From: Acanthaster planci
Taxonomy: Eukaryota
Direction: 5' to 3'
DNA: 52,439 nucleotides
Assembly: GCF_001949145.1 (NCBI RefSeq)
Contig: NW_019091356.1
Coordinates: 344,851 to 397,289 of the forward strand
Shown: positions 13,840-25,797 of the stretch, one piece after another
Layout of the letters: the number at the start of each line of letters is the position of its first letter
How positions within the stretch are numbered: the first letter of the stretch is position 1
Position numbers and translations under genes: made by a program
The notes under the pieces: generated by a model
Seen by the model: the letters and a program-made list of their open reading frames with translations, nothing else
Told to the model about the DNA's origin: nothing
The model's database searches: none

Positions 13840-14897
13840 ATGTCAAAGATAGACAAATTAAGATTGTTGAGGTCCTTGCTGCGGGAACTTCGAGAAGCAA
13901 AGATGGTAGGCTAACGGCCTTTGACTCTTTGAGTTTGAAATCAAAAGACTCACCCCAGACATGCCAGATAATGATACGTGTACTAACTGTGTGGCTCATT
14001 GGGAGATTCGCAAATTATCCGTGATTATGAGCCATAAGCCTTATTGCTAATACTGCATGGGTGATTTTGTACAATGGTAAAAAGGCATTGTGGGAAGGAA
14101 AATTCGGCAATGTTGGCTCCTTTTTACTTCCCACCATGCCTTTCTACCTTTGTGCAAAATCCCTCATGCGGTATTAGCAATAAGGCTTAAGTTATGGCAT
14201 AGGGCTTGGTTTTCAAAGCAAATTAAGAACCAGTCATTTGGAATTTGCAGTTGTATACATGTATTTAGTAGAGAGACATGACAGACAAGTGTAATCTAGT
14301 AATTACTTGGAAATTAGGCTAGGCATGCTAGGTAAATCGTGTTATGGTTATTTTACATTGCTCATATCAGTTTTCAGCCGGCATGGTATAAATATCGAAA
14401 GAATTAATGGGTTTCACTCTTATACATGTATATTATTATTTCATGCAAATACCCTGTCTGTTATTTTCAGAGTTCCCCGAGGAACACAATGGCCTATGGT
14501 TACTTGATGGATCAGTTCCGAAAAAATCAAGTTACATCCGAGAAATTCTGCAAAGAACACAATGAAATGTGGCATCAGGCTCAGACGTATCTGTGTATGC
14601 TCAAGAGTACAAGAGAACATGAGGTAAATATCTAGAAAATTAATCTCTAGAATTAAACTGATTTACATTTCAGTGAGGAGGGGTGTACTGAGTTTCTTCT
14701 GAACCAGGAACAAGAGGTTGAAGTGCATGAAAAAATGAATTTATTGTTTTATATCACAAACATCTGTGATAATCATTATCATTGAATTAATTTTGTCATT
14801 TCAGGCATTGCAGGCTGCATACAAGAGGGGTGAAAGAACAGTGGAAGAAAGTGCCAAACTAGTTGGATTGAAAATACCCAAGCCCTATGAAGAGTGA
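13840..14897 (+). CDS. FMC1: FMC1 homolog (C7orf55; mitochondrial ATP synthase F1 assembly factor), 103 aa, 3 exons
   Basis: Exons 13840-13905 (MSKIDKLRLLRSLLRELREAKM), 14471-14623 (SSPRNTMAYGYLMDQFRKNQVTSEKFCKEHNEMWHQAQTYLCMLKSTREHE) and 14805-14897 (ALQAAYKRGERTVEESAKLVGLKIPKPYEE*). These match FMC1 family motifs LLRELR, VTSEK, TYLC and GERxVEESAxLVGL. Confidence 0.92.
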
Positions 14898-15529
14898 TCC
14901 CATTTCTAATGCTTCACTTATTTCATTATCTCTGTATAAAGACGTGTGAAAAATTGTAAATACTTGTAGTTGCAAAAAAAGAATGAAATTATTCAGTATT
15001 AATGGATGGTCAAATGTGGACAAAGCTGCACTTCCCCCAAGTCAAAGATATTGGCAAATCCACTGCTTCAAAGCAATCTAAGACAAATGAACAAGCAGAA
15101 ATAGAAAAAGGGATAGACAAAATAACAGCAGAAATAATTTACTAAATGTCATTAGAATCAGAAAATTCAACGTAGAGAAGTATTCCATAAATGTAATAAA
15201 CTATATATTACTATTTTTTCTTTTGTGCTATCTGAGGTTTACATAATACATGTACATGTTAGTTTTAATTTATTAGGCAGACTTTGTGACGTGATTTTCA
15301 AACATTGAATAAATTTTGACAGAAACCTGATCAGAAAATTGTCAAGCTTGCTCAATATCTGGGAAGTTATTTCGCTCTTCTCGAAGATTAAAACAATTTT
15401 AATCTCTGTTTCATTGTAAACTTAGGTCATTTTGTAAATTCTCCAGTATAAATAGACGTGTTAGAAACCAGCTGTGTGTGTTGACTAAACAACAATTACA
15501 CGACACAAAGCACCCATGTACTGTGTGTG

Positions 15530-15729
15530 CATCGCGCCCACTAGTCCATGGAACGTATGTAGCGCCCCCATCGGTTCCTCACAATTAGTCTATAGTCGGG
15601 TTACATGCTGATGGGAATTGAAGCTCCGAAAACTACTTATGAAGTCTGGGTAGCCGGTCCTCTCGTATGGTCCACTATGGCAAAGGATTTCCCAGCTGCC
15701 GATTTAGTGATTATTCTTTTGAATTGAAG
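15530..15729 (+). promoter_or_regulatory. Probable cyclin H promoter and first (leader) exon
   Basis: CpG-enriched patch containing TAGCGCCCCC and TGGGAATTGAAG (loosely GFY/ZNF143-like). A donor AAG|GTAGTT at 15729/15730 can pair with the acceptor at 16446 just upstream of the cyclin H ATG. Confidence 0.4.
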
Positions 15730-16470
15730 GTAGTTAAATCGTTTTTACCCCCGTTTTTCTCCTACCATAAGAACGATTATGTCATAAATGATTACTAATC
15801 ATTTTAGTCATCTCATCGAGGCCGTTTCTAATAATTTGTCATGCTTGTTTTCTTCACATTTTCACCTTGTCTGTGTCAGGTCATGGATATGGTTGTCATT
15901 AGGGCCTTATTTATTTTTGATAATGGCACCAAGGATTACTCCAAAGCGCCCCAAGCACTGTAGCTCACAAACCTGAAGAGACCTGTGGAGAAGAGACAAT
16001 CTGACAATGAAAAGCAGTTACAGTTTCAGATGTGGGACGAAAACCCCAGAAGAATATTCTGGGTAAAACCCACGGAATCAGGTAGGGACTGAAAACCCAA
16101 TCCGCATGTGGACAGGTGGACCAAGCCAGGAGTTGAACATGAACTGCAGAGGAGGAAGGCAAGCAAAGAACCACTTTGCCAATCCGACTCCCTAACTAAA
16201 CGTCGATTGCACTGCACTATCAGTTAATCCTGTGCAAAATATCCGACTTTAATTAAGTTTCCTTCCACAACCATGAATTAGAAAGGTGCTATTGACAGAT
16301 CATACCACAAGACCGACTATTACACAGAGATCTCAACCAACATTGGCTTGCTACCATGCCTGTGTAACTGTACTTTACATGGTTAATTTGTTTATCATGT
16401 TGTTTGTCATGATTGTAACTTATTGTTGCATCTGTTTTGTGTTCAGATAATTAACGTGAACAGGAGAACA

Positions 16471-19400
16471 ATGTTCCAAAGCAGCACACAGAAACACTTC
16501 TGGACTTTCAGCAATGAGCAAGACATTTATACTCTCAGGAGAGAGGCAAACAGCACTTACATTAATCAACACAAAGGAGCAGCAAAGAGAATGGTTTGTG
16601 ACTTGAGTTCATGCTACCAAAGGTTCTGTTATTACATATGTGTACCTGGGGTCCAGCTCATTCACTTCTCTCCCTCTTTTCCAAGCTTCCTTTCTCCATA
16701 AGTCTTAATTTTCTTCATGTAGGGGCAAGATGTCAAATCCTTCTTTTTGTTGGCAGAGGAGGAACACATATTGTGTCGTCACTATGAACATCTCCTAAGA
16801 GATTTCTGTCGGAGATTTGAGCCACCCATGCCACCTGCTGTTAAGGTAATAGACAGTGTTACTTCATAACAGTCTTTTTAAAATTCAAGACAGTCAAAAG
16901 TACCCAAATTTATGAAAAGTCATCAGTTAGCCGGTTCCTGTCTCGTGTGAAGCCAGGGCATACAATTATGAAGACCTCCTGATTTAGCAGTTTGATTTTA
17001 AAGAGAAGTCTTATCAAGGTAAGGTTGAATGTGTGGAGAAATGCATGATCACATTGTTGATAAGTAACCATAGCTCTTTACATTTTGTGAAATTGAAGTT
17101 CATCTGATGCTTGTCTCACAGGGAACAGCCTGTGCTTATTTCAAAAGATTTTATCTGCGTAACACTGTTATGGATTACCATCCCAAGTTCATCATGTAAG
17201 TACACGTACCATCTTAGAATTGAATATCGTCATTCATGTTATCTCTGTGTTAGTCATTAGCCAAGTAATATAATAACCGAGTAACGTAACAACCAAGGGT
17301 GCTATTCTTCTGTGCTTGCAGGTTGACCTGTGTCTATTTGGCCTGTAAGGTGGAAGAGTTCAATGTATCCATCACTCAATTCTGTGCCAATCTCTCATCT
17401 GACCAAGAGAGGGCAGCAGAGCTGATATTAGTCCATGAACTGTTGGTTATGCAGCAGCTAGACTTCCATCTGACTGTTCATAATCCTCTCCGGCCGTTAG
17501 AGGGCTTTCTCATTGACATCAAGGTAGTAAGATATCTATCAAGCAGTAGACATTATTAGCCATGTTATAAATAAGTTACTCAAACCATTGAAAGCTTCCA
17601 AAGGTTAAATATTGCAAAGTTGCCGAGGTTGAAATCATCGATTTATTTCTCATTTATCAGACTCGTTTCTCATCACTGAGTAATCCAGAACAGTTAAGGA
17701 AATCTGCGGATGAGTTTTTGCAGAGATCTTTTGCAAGTGATGTCTGTCTGCTATATACTCCATCCCAGGTTAGTAGAGGGTCATACAGGTTGTTAGAGAT
17801 CCATTGAGCCGAGTTAGGTTGTTTGTACTACAAGCATTAATCAATTTCAATTTTGTGAGTAAATGTAATAAAAAGACCTGACGTGCTAATTAACCATAAA
17901 TTGAGTGCATTTGTTTCAAATGTGCTTCAGGTGGAGTAAGTCATGCAACATAAGTCTATGTGATGTGTTTTCCTTTCAGATTGCTTTGACTGCATTAGTG
18001 ACAAGTGCAGCTAAACAGCGTGTCAACATTGACAAGTGAGTTCTCACAGATGTAACAATGGGAAATTGAGACAAACTCAGGAAGATCTTGATTCATATTC
18101 TGTAAGATAATTACAAAGGTTTTGGATATTTGATTTCTGTCAAAGTTCAATAGAAACACCAGGGCTTATCCTTTGAATGTTCACCTGACCATGAAAGTGA
18201 TGAACCCAGTTTGGGCCTAATCTCATTCCCTTTGTTAAGGTATGTGACAGACTTTCTTCTCAAGAGCTCTGATAAGAAGGAACTACGAGACCTTGTCAGC
18301 ACCATCAAAAGTATGTGCTCTGAATATTTTCTTTCATTTTTCAAAGATATTGTACTGAGTGACAATTTCCCTTCCGCTGACGGATCAAACACAAACCCTG
18401 AGCATAAAATCCAGGTTTGTCTATTCCCTGACCCCTCAGTTGGAGGACAGAGGTCACGGTTGTCTTCCATGTCCTCTTGAATTGACACTAGCTTTGTGTG
18501 ATTTGTTGCAACAGGAGTTAGATCCATGGTCAATAACATCCCACCACTGGACATTGAAGTGGTTAAGGCCCTGGAGGAGAAACTAGAAAAGTGTGGCAAT
18601 CCTGAATTAAATCCAGACAGTGAAGAGTGAGTTTTTACTCCTAATCGATGACTCACCTGTGGTTAGTTGTAAGCATGACATTAAATCATCTTCACTCTTG
18701 TCCAATAAATTATGATCTTGCCAACAAATTCCTCTAGTAATTCTTGTGAAGAAACTCAAAATGTTTTAATCCTGAACTAACTTCAAGCAGTAATGAATAT
18801 GACCGCCTATTGAGCGACTTATAGAATGCTTTTTATCTGCACCATTGTCTATTCACCATATTCTACCCGGTTTACTTTGGTTATAACCCTGCTTGGCCTT
18901 CATGTTGAATGAATCGCCGAAGCAATGCAATACCTCAGGTATTAAGTGTGGATGCAAACACAGCACCAAGTGCCATTATTTTGTGATCAAGGCCCTACAG
19001 GATTTCTCACCAAGCTTTCTGTTTGCCTTCCATGTTTAGATACAAGAGAAAACAGCAAGAATTTCTGGATGCAGAAGATGAGGATTTCTCACTAGGGATC
19101 AGCAGTGCTCAGGACAAGGTATCTTAACATGGAACTGATCAGTCATGATACAGGGGATGAGGGTGACATTATGGATCACAATTTTTAATTGGCAGGGAAG
19201 CAGTTGCAGAAATGTCTTCAGTGTCTCATAGAGGTTTTCCTTGCTCAGCAGACATTACCGTAGAACCAGAAATAAGTTACATCTATCACATATTTCAAAT
19301 GTTAACCTGTCATTTTCTATGCCTAGTAAATGTATATGTGGCAGGTGAATCACGCTGCATGTGAGTGCTGGTCCAGTTACTGACTCAATAATAATCTGTC

Positions 19401-21559
19401 ATATGTTAGTGATGTTACTATAGTTACATAATAGATGGCAACAGATCAAGTTTCACAATGTGGTTTATGGGGAACCAATGGTCGAGATCTTTATTTCGTT
19501 TCTTTCCTGTTTTCTGTTTGAACTCAATAGCTACAAACTATCTGGATTATTGAGGTTTCTATTGGCTGACTTGTGGAGTCTTAATGTCCTTTACAATGAG
19601 CATTGTTCCTCATGACCCATTACCCCCTGCTGTGTATGTCACCCTGACCCCCCCCCTAGGTTTTGCTACCAAACATTCTTGTCATCCTGTTGGTCTATAA
19701 TACAAGTAGCACAGATTTCCATGAACCTTCTTGTTATTGGCCTTGGTTGTATGACAGTAAGTCACATGGGGGGAGGGGTAATCTTACATTAAGGGATTAT
19801 TGATGTGAAGAATTACCCCAGTGGGGGGCAGCCCACCTGCTGAGTACTCAAGCAGATGGCATTATCTGATGGCCCATTCAAGCCAACCGTTATGGTGCAG
19901 TTTTTGGTGCCCCTTCAGATGCATTGTATTGAATTTGTTTCATTCATAGTTTATTTAAAGTAACTGTCCTGGTGGGGCATCACCTGACAAGAAGAAACAG
20001 GGCACAAAATTAGAAGCAAGATTAGAAAGTGAATCTCTGTAACACCATGTTATGTCCAGTATTACTTTGGTGAAGGAATAAAGTGCACTTATTCACTCCA
20101 GCTTGTAACAAATCCTCCAAGGTGGCAGACAGTGCTCTTGGCTTGGAAATTTATTTTTAGCATTTCTCCAAATGGAAAGTATTGCTATCTCCTTTGGCTT
20201 TGTTGTTAGCAGGACATTTTTGTTTTACTTTTTACAGCTAATGAAAGGCTTGTTATTACGCCGGCAACATTTCCACAACAGAATAAAACCATCGTTAAGC
20301 TTCTCGAAGAATCAGTGGTGCATAGCACTATTTTGAAAGAAAAGGCCAATTTTCAGTACCTAGAATGCGTACCTTTTCATGCTCAAAGGCAGTTTGAAGT
20401 GAACAGATAAATACAATATGACTTTATAAAAAAAACCTAAGTGAGAGACGTTATCAATACCTTCATTTGTTATCCCGTTGAGATTACATTCTTGTGACAT
20501 TGTCATTCAAAAACCCATTACACTACCTCTTTCACTCATCACACAGTGCCCCATTTGGCTCCTTTTAACCTTGAGTCTATATTCCGAAATTTAAAAAGCC
20601 GGCACATATTGATTTCACAAAGATGCAGTCGTGTTTTCCTTTCTAGCCATTTATTCCGTGTTCGAAAATGTCAAGTTTTTTTTACAAAGATTGCTTAGTA
20701 TTTACAGAAAATAAATGAAATATGTAGCTTTTCAATAATGCTTCCACAATGTACTTCTTGAGTTTTGGGAGTCGTAAGTTGAAAAATTACTCAAAGAAGT
20801 TGCATGCTTTGATTTTAGTGCAGAGATATTCTCATTATTCCATGTTCTTGGAAAGCTAAGTTGTTAGACACTAGTATTTCCCCTGAGATACATGTTCTGT
20901 ATATTTTGCAGTCAGTGATCCTTGGGTCACATTTACTAATTCTGTTCCTGTTCACAAAGACTATTTTCCACAAAGCATCTCCTTAACATTGAATTCTGCA
21001 CCCAGGTCAACTTGAGGTTGTCGGGGCTGGATATCTATGAAATCAACATTTGTTTCCATCCATTTATTGAACCACAGACGTTCTGTCCAGTTCCTGCTGT
21101 TTCTATCACCCCAAGCACCTGTTCAATTGATTGGGTAGTTTTCACTATCCCCTTCAGCCCATCCCTAACCCCCTGCTCATATGCCCAGACGTCTGTCAGT
21201 AGATGTGACACACCATTCCCACCCCAATTGAGCCTTATCCTCTCTCACTCCCTCCTAATGCATTCACCAGATGTGAGGAACAGAGAAAAATAAGATAGTC
21301 CCACAAGATTTGGCCAAATTTGACAATTCAACCACCCGTATCAATCAGATGTTGGAAAGCTAAAACATGTTAGTATAAAACATGTATTTTATGGGAAATT
21401 TAATACGATTGTAGTTGGTTTGGATGATATTGTTTAAGATAAATTAGGACCGAAGGTTTGTGGATTTTGTCAGTGTGTACTCATTTTGACTTCTTTGCAC
21501 TTCTCCGTTTCTTGTAGAAAAGCCAACGACGTGAGGTAGAATTACTAATGAGTGTGTGA
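16471..21559 (+). CDS. CCNH: Cyclin H (CAK/TFIIH subunit), ~329 aa, 10 coding exons
   Basis: Exons 16471-16593, 16723-16845, 17122-17195, 17322-17523, 17661-17768, 17980-18035, 18240-18310, 18515-18626, 19040-19118, 21518-21559 (990 nt, in frame). Motifs: [90 protein letters not shown]. The last exon is less certain than the rest. Confidence 0.95.
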
Positions 21560-23914
21560 CACAAGATTGGCAAGTGGCTAGGATGAGGAAATTAACCATG
21601 CAAGATGCCACAATCCTTCTAATTGTCAGAAATGATCAGCAAGGTTGGATGACTTTGAGGTGTGAGATGAGCTGTATATGAATGACATGCACAAACCATG
21701 ACAGTCTTGTGCCCAACAATTAGGCCAGCAGTTACTGCATATTGTTCCCAGACTATATTCTCTTCTTAGGGAGAGCAGCAGCACCAAATAATGCCTGCAG
21801 ACCATGCAACCCTCCTTGTTGACAGAGATGGGTGGAGTGTGCAGTAATTCCAGCCAATGCGAGTACTATGTGGACTACGTTTTGTCACTCCCTGATTTTA
21901 AGGCTCTGCTGAGACGTGTGTGCTGCAGGGTTCTTTTCCTTCTGTTAAAACTGAGACTTTCTTTCTCCTTTCATCCAAATCTAAAGAAGAAAGCTTGGAG
22001 GAGAAAAATAATTAAATATCGCTTACATATGAAATTCAGCTAGAGTGTGACTATATATGAATCCATATGTTATCTGGCCAACCCTCACTAAATTACCTAC
22101 TTGCCTATTTCAACCGTTTATTTTTGTATACTCCTGTACATTTCTTTGGCATTCCTTATATTGTCCCGTTTTCAGCCTCAATCGGTATTTCCAAGCAACA
22201 ATGAGTTGGAAGCACAGTGCCTACCATTGTAAGCAGACAAGTGCTTTAGAACATCATATTATATCCGACCCTTGTGTCAGTTTTGATCTGATAGCATACC
22301 TTCACTAAGTGGTGTGCATTGACTATGAACCCATAGACTTTATTTGAGAAAGAGAAACGCTGTCCACATGCAGGATATAGTTGGGCTAATAAATGGGGGC
22401 ACGAAGATTGATTTCCGTCATCAGTTCTTTTGTACCTTCCTCGACATTCGTTTCTCAACCATTTCATTTTACACACTCTGTGATGGGATTTGGCATTTGT
22501 AACAAAGTAGTGTTACTGTGGGATAACATTCTGTTCTTCAAAGCCATATCTCTGACCATGAATATTAATGATTTATAAATACGCACCATCCCGTGGCATA
22601 CTTTTCTGAGTGTTGCTCGACATATTATATTTAACTCAAGCCCAAAATATCAACTTTCTCTGTGGTCAAAGATAAGTTTGCGAGAGTTTCATTCTACTTT
22701 TCAGATTTGTTCAATTATACTGATCAATGAACGTCTTGGCTCTCGCGTACAAAGTGCGCAAATTTCGTTGTTTTACGCTTCTCTCTTTTTGTATGGAAGT
22801 ATGTATCGATTGTACAGTTCAAAAGAAGTCATATTATAAAGAAACTTTCAAAATGTTAAAAGTGTTTGGTGTTGTAGTTCCCTTCAATACCCCCTCCCTA
22901 CCCCAAACGTGTACAGGAGAACACCCTGCCTGCCAATCCGTGCAGAAACTATTCTTTCGTAAGGCCACACACTCATGAATAATCTGCTCCAAGCGTGTGC
23001 GTGGGTCCACCCACAAGTATCTCTTGAAGCAACGCGATGGTCTCCGTCGTGACGCTTTGGGAATGAAATCTTTGGGCTAATGATACTCTGAACAAGCCGA
23101 CACTTCACTCCCTGATCCTATTATGACTGGTCAGACTTTTAGGCACTTCACGTATAGTACTGAATTACCTTGTCTATAATTAGTGCCTTCCTCGGGAGTT
23201 GGTCTGAAGTTTAGATTTACTGAAAAAGATAAGGGTACTTCATATTGTATTCAAGTTGGCTAAAATGGTAGCGTGACTTTTGTTACTAGTGGAAAGACGT
23301 TTTTCAGATGACACCTGTGTTGTGAAGGAGCATGGTCCAGTCGAATAGACAAAACATCCCCTTAGAACAAACTTAAGGGCTCTGTCTTGACAGACTTGGT
23401 GAGTGGAAAATGTCGACCATCTGGCCGGACAAATCGGCAAGGGACACCTGCATAACATCATAACTGTCATCGAGCACTCTAAGCGAGATCGCGTATTGGA
23501 GAACTTCTGTTCAGCAATTATGTATTTACAATATCTGTCCATCACCTATTTTTTTGGAAAATGTATCAAATTTTGCACTTTCTGGAGGTATAGGAATAGT
23601 CATTTGGCTAAGGGGAAAAGGTTTGGTTGGAGGTTCTAGTTACAAACTTCAAAACACGTCATTTAAGGTGATTTTGTTTTGAAAGACTAGTAACGTCAAG
23701 GCACAGGACGTTCATTTGCAAGTCAGCTTAACTTGGAGAAAAAAATAAGATGGACACATGCAACCATGAAGTGTCTTTATTCGGAATGTCCATTTGCTTT
23801 CTTTTTGCCAAAGTCTTTTGTAAGTTAACCGTGTAGATATATAAAAAGCCTAGGGATAAAGGGGTATAGGCCTATTTATCCTTCTCGCAGTCTTAAGTTT
23901 ATGTTGCCTAATAA

Positions 23915-24092
23915 AGGTCGGTCCATACTTGGCGCGAAAGCAACACCACTACGAATTTGTGACACAAGATCATAATATTGGCGCTGCAAGTTCGCAAAGT
24001 CGAGCACTTTTCAACTCGAGCGACATTTTGCAAATCTTTCGTGACGTCGAATTCGTTTCGCATTCACATTCGCCTGTAGTATGAACCAGCTT
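23915..24092. mobile_element. PIF/Harbinger (Tourist-like) MITE, ~180 bp
   Basis: Imperfect terminal inverted repeats AGGTCGGTCCATACT (23915-23929) and AGTATGAACCAGCTT (24078-24092), flanked by TAA/TTA. The interior is CpG-rich and partly self-complementary. Confidence 0.6.
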
Positions 24093-25170
24093 TTAAGACT
24101 GATTTTTATCTCGTAAAACAGGTCCTGCGTACTGCACAGTGAGAGAAAGAAATGGGGTTTTCAGGTCACATCACTCGTCATACACGAGTAACACCATAAT
24201 ATCAGGTTATTCACGTTTAACAGTGTTGACAACTTTGTGACAGTTTTCCCAAACCATGCTTGACCTAAAGGGTACATTGGTATGAATTTATAGTGGTCAA
24301 AATACGGATCGCTGGAAATGTGTTTTGCCGTTGTTAAAAATGACATCTTATACGACTTGTTGAGAATGGATGAATAATAATCAAGAGAAATTAATTAAGT
24401 AGTTCATGCTTCATTGCAGCACGGTTGAATGGTGGCGAATTCGCTCCTTATCTGATGCAATAATGGCCTAATTTAGTGGACTAAAATCGACTGTACCAAC
24501 ACCTCGAGATATTTGGGTGTAAGGTAAGACGAAAGTCACCCGCAGAGCTGCCTGTATCTTGAGATTTGATCCCAGATAAAATACATCTTCTATTTCACTC
24601 AACATAAAGGTTGTGCCAGAAGGTGTCTTTAGTTACAGAGAACATGCTGTGATCTGGAGAAAGATGATATTTTAACATGTCGTTTCGAAGCTAGCACAAT
24701 TAACGATGCCTTCATTGTAACTGCTGTTGCAATTCCAGAGCTAAAATTTCGGTAGAACTTAAAGTCATCGTAAAACCAATAAACCACTTATTTCTCACAT
24801 TTGTCACACATTTTAAACGTAATTAGTTCATATTAAAGGGATCGATTTCGCTGAAAATTGTCTTTAAAATTAATATACTCGGATGATAGCATGATCTTAT
24901 TCTATTCAATTTCAAGGATTTCTGTTCATTTTTTGATGGATCACACGGAAGTGACAAAAGTCAAGGCCTGAAGAAACAGTTAGAATCGACACCAATAAGG
25001 CTGGGTCAACTTTGTGTCAGGGTATCAATTAGTTCATTGATGTGAATAAAGAAGATAACAGATATGGATATCCCGCTTGTTGTAAGACACTAAATTCACC
25101 TTGAAGCATGTGATGTGCATTAACTGATAACGCCGGACACCAACGCGGCATAAGTACCTGCGCATACAAG

Positions 25171-25240
25171 TACATGTGTACACTACATTTTGTAAATGTG
25201 CACGTACATACATGTTCATGTACGTACATGTACATGTATG
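25171..25240. repeat. Degenerate (TACATG)n simple repeat
   Basis: Sequence reads tacatgtgtacac...cacgtacatacatgttcatgtacgtacatgtacatgtatg. The TACATGTA palindrome also recurs throughout the introns of the window. Confidence 0.7.
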
Positions 25241-25797
25241 TTTACTGCACACTATTGCTTGTGTAACTCCGTGTTCAAGCAAACGTGCATCGCCTACATA
25301 TATACAGCTCTTCCTGTCCTTATTGACAGTTGTTTCCCTACTCGAATAGAACGAAAATTCAAAGGCACCCGCGACAGCTCTTTCGTTCATTTGGTTGCAA
25401 TCCGATTCAGAACAATCTACACTGCTTAGACTGAAAGATTCTGCGGTGGTGCGTGGAGAAATCCTTACCCTTGACTGGTACAACAGGAAAGGGTCAGTGC
25501 ACCACCAGTAGCACTAACCACTAAGGCTCGCGTCAGCCGGCGTACTTCGCCCATTTAACAATTGCACTGGTGTATGACAGGGTTTGCCTCAACCCGCGAG
25601 TGAAGAGATCCCGTGTTCCATTTGTATACCAACCAGCCAACCAACTGCCGTCTTCAGTCGTCACGCAGTCATCATAAAACAAAGTAGATTTTTCTCAACA
25701 AAAGAGGGAAATCACCGACAGCCAGCCCCCACCGACTGTGACAGTTTGGTCTGGTTGTGTTTTCCCGGAGAATATAAACCCCAGTACGACCAGCCTA

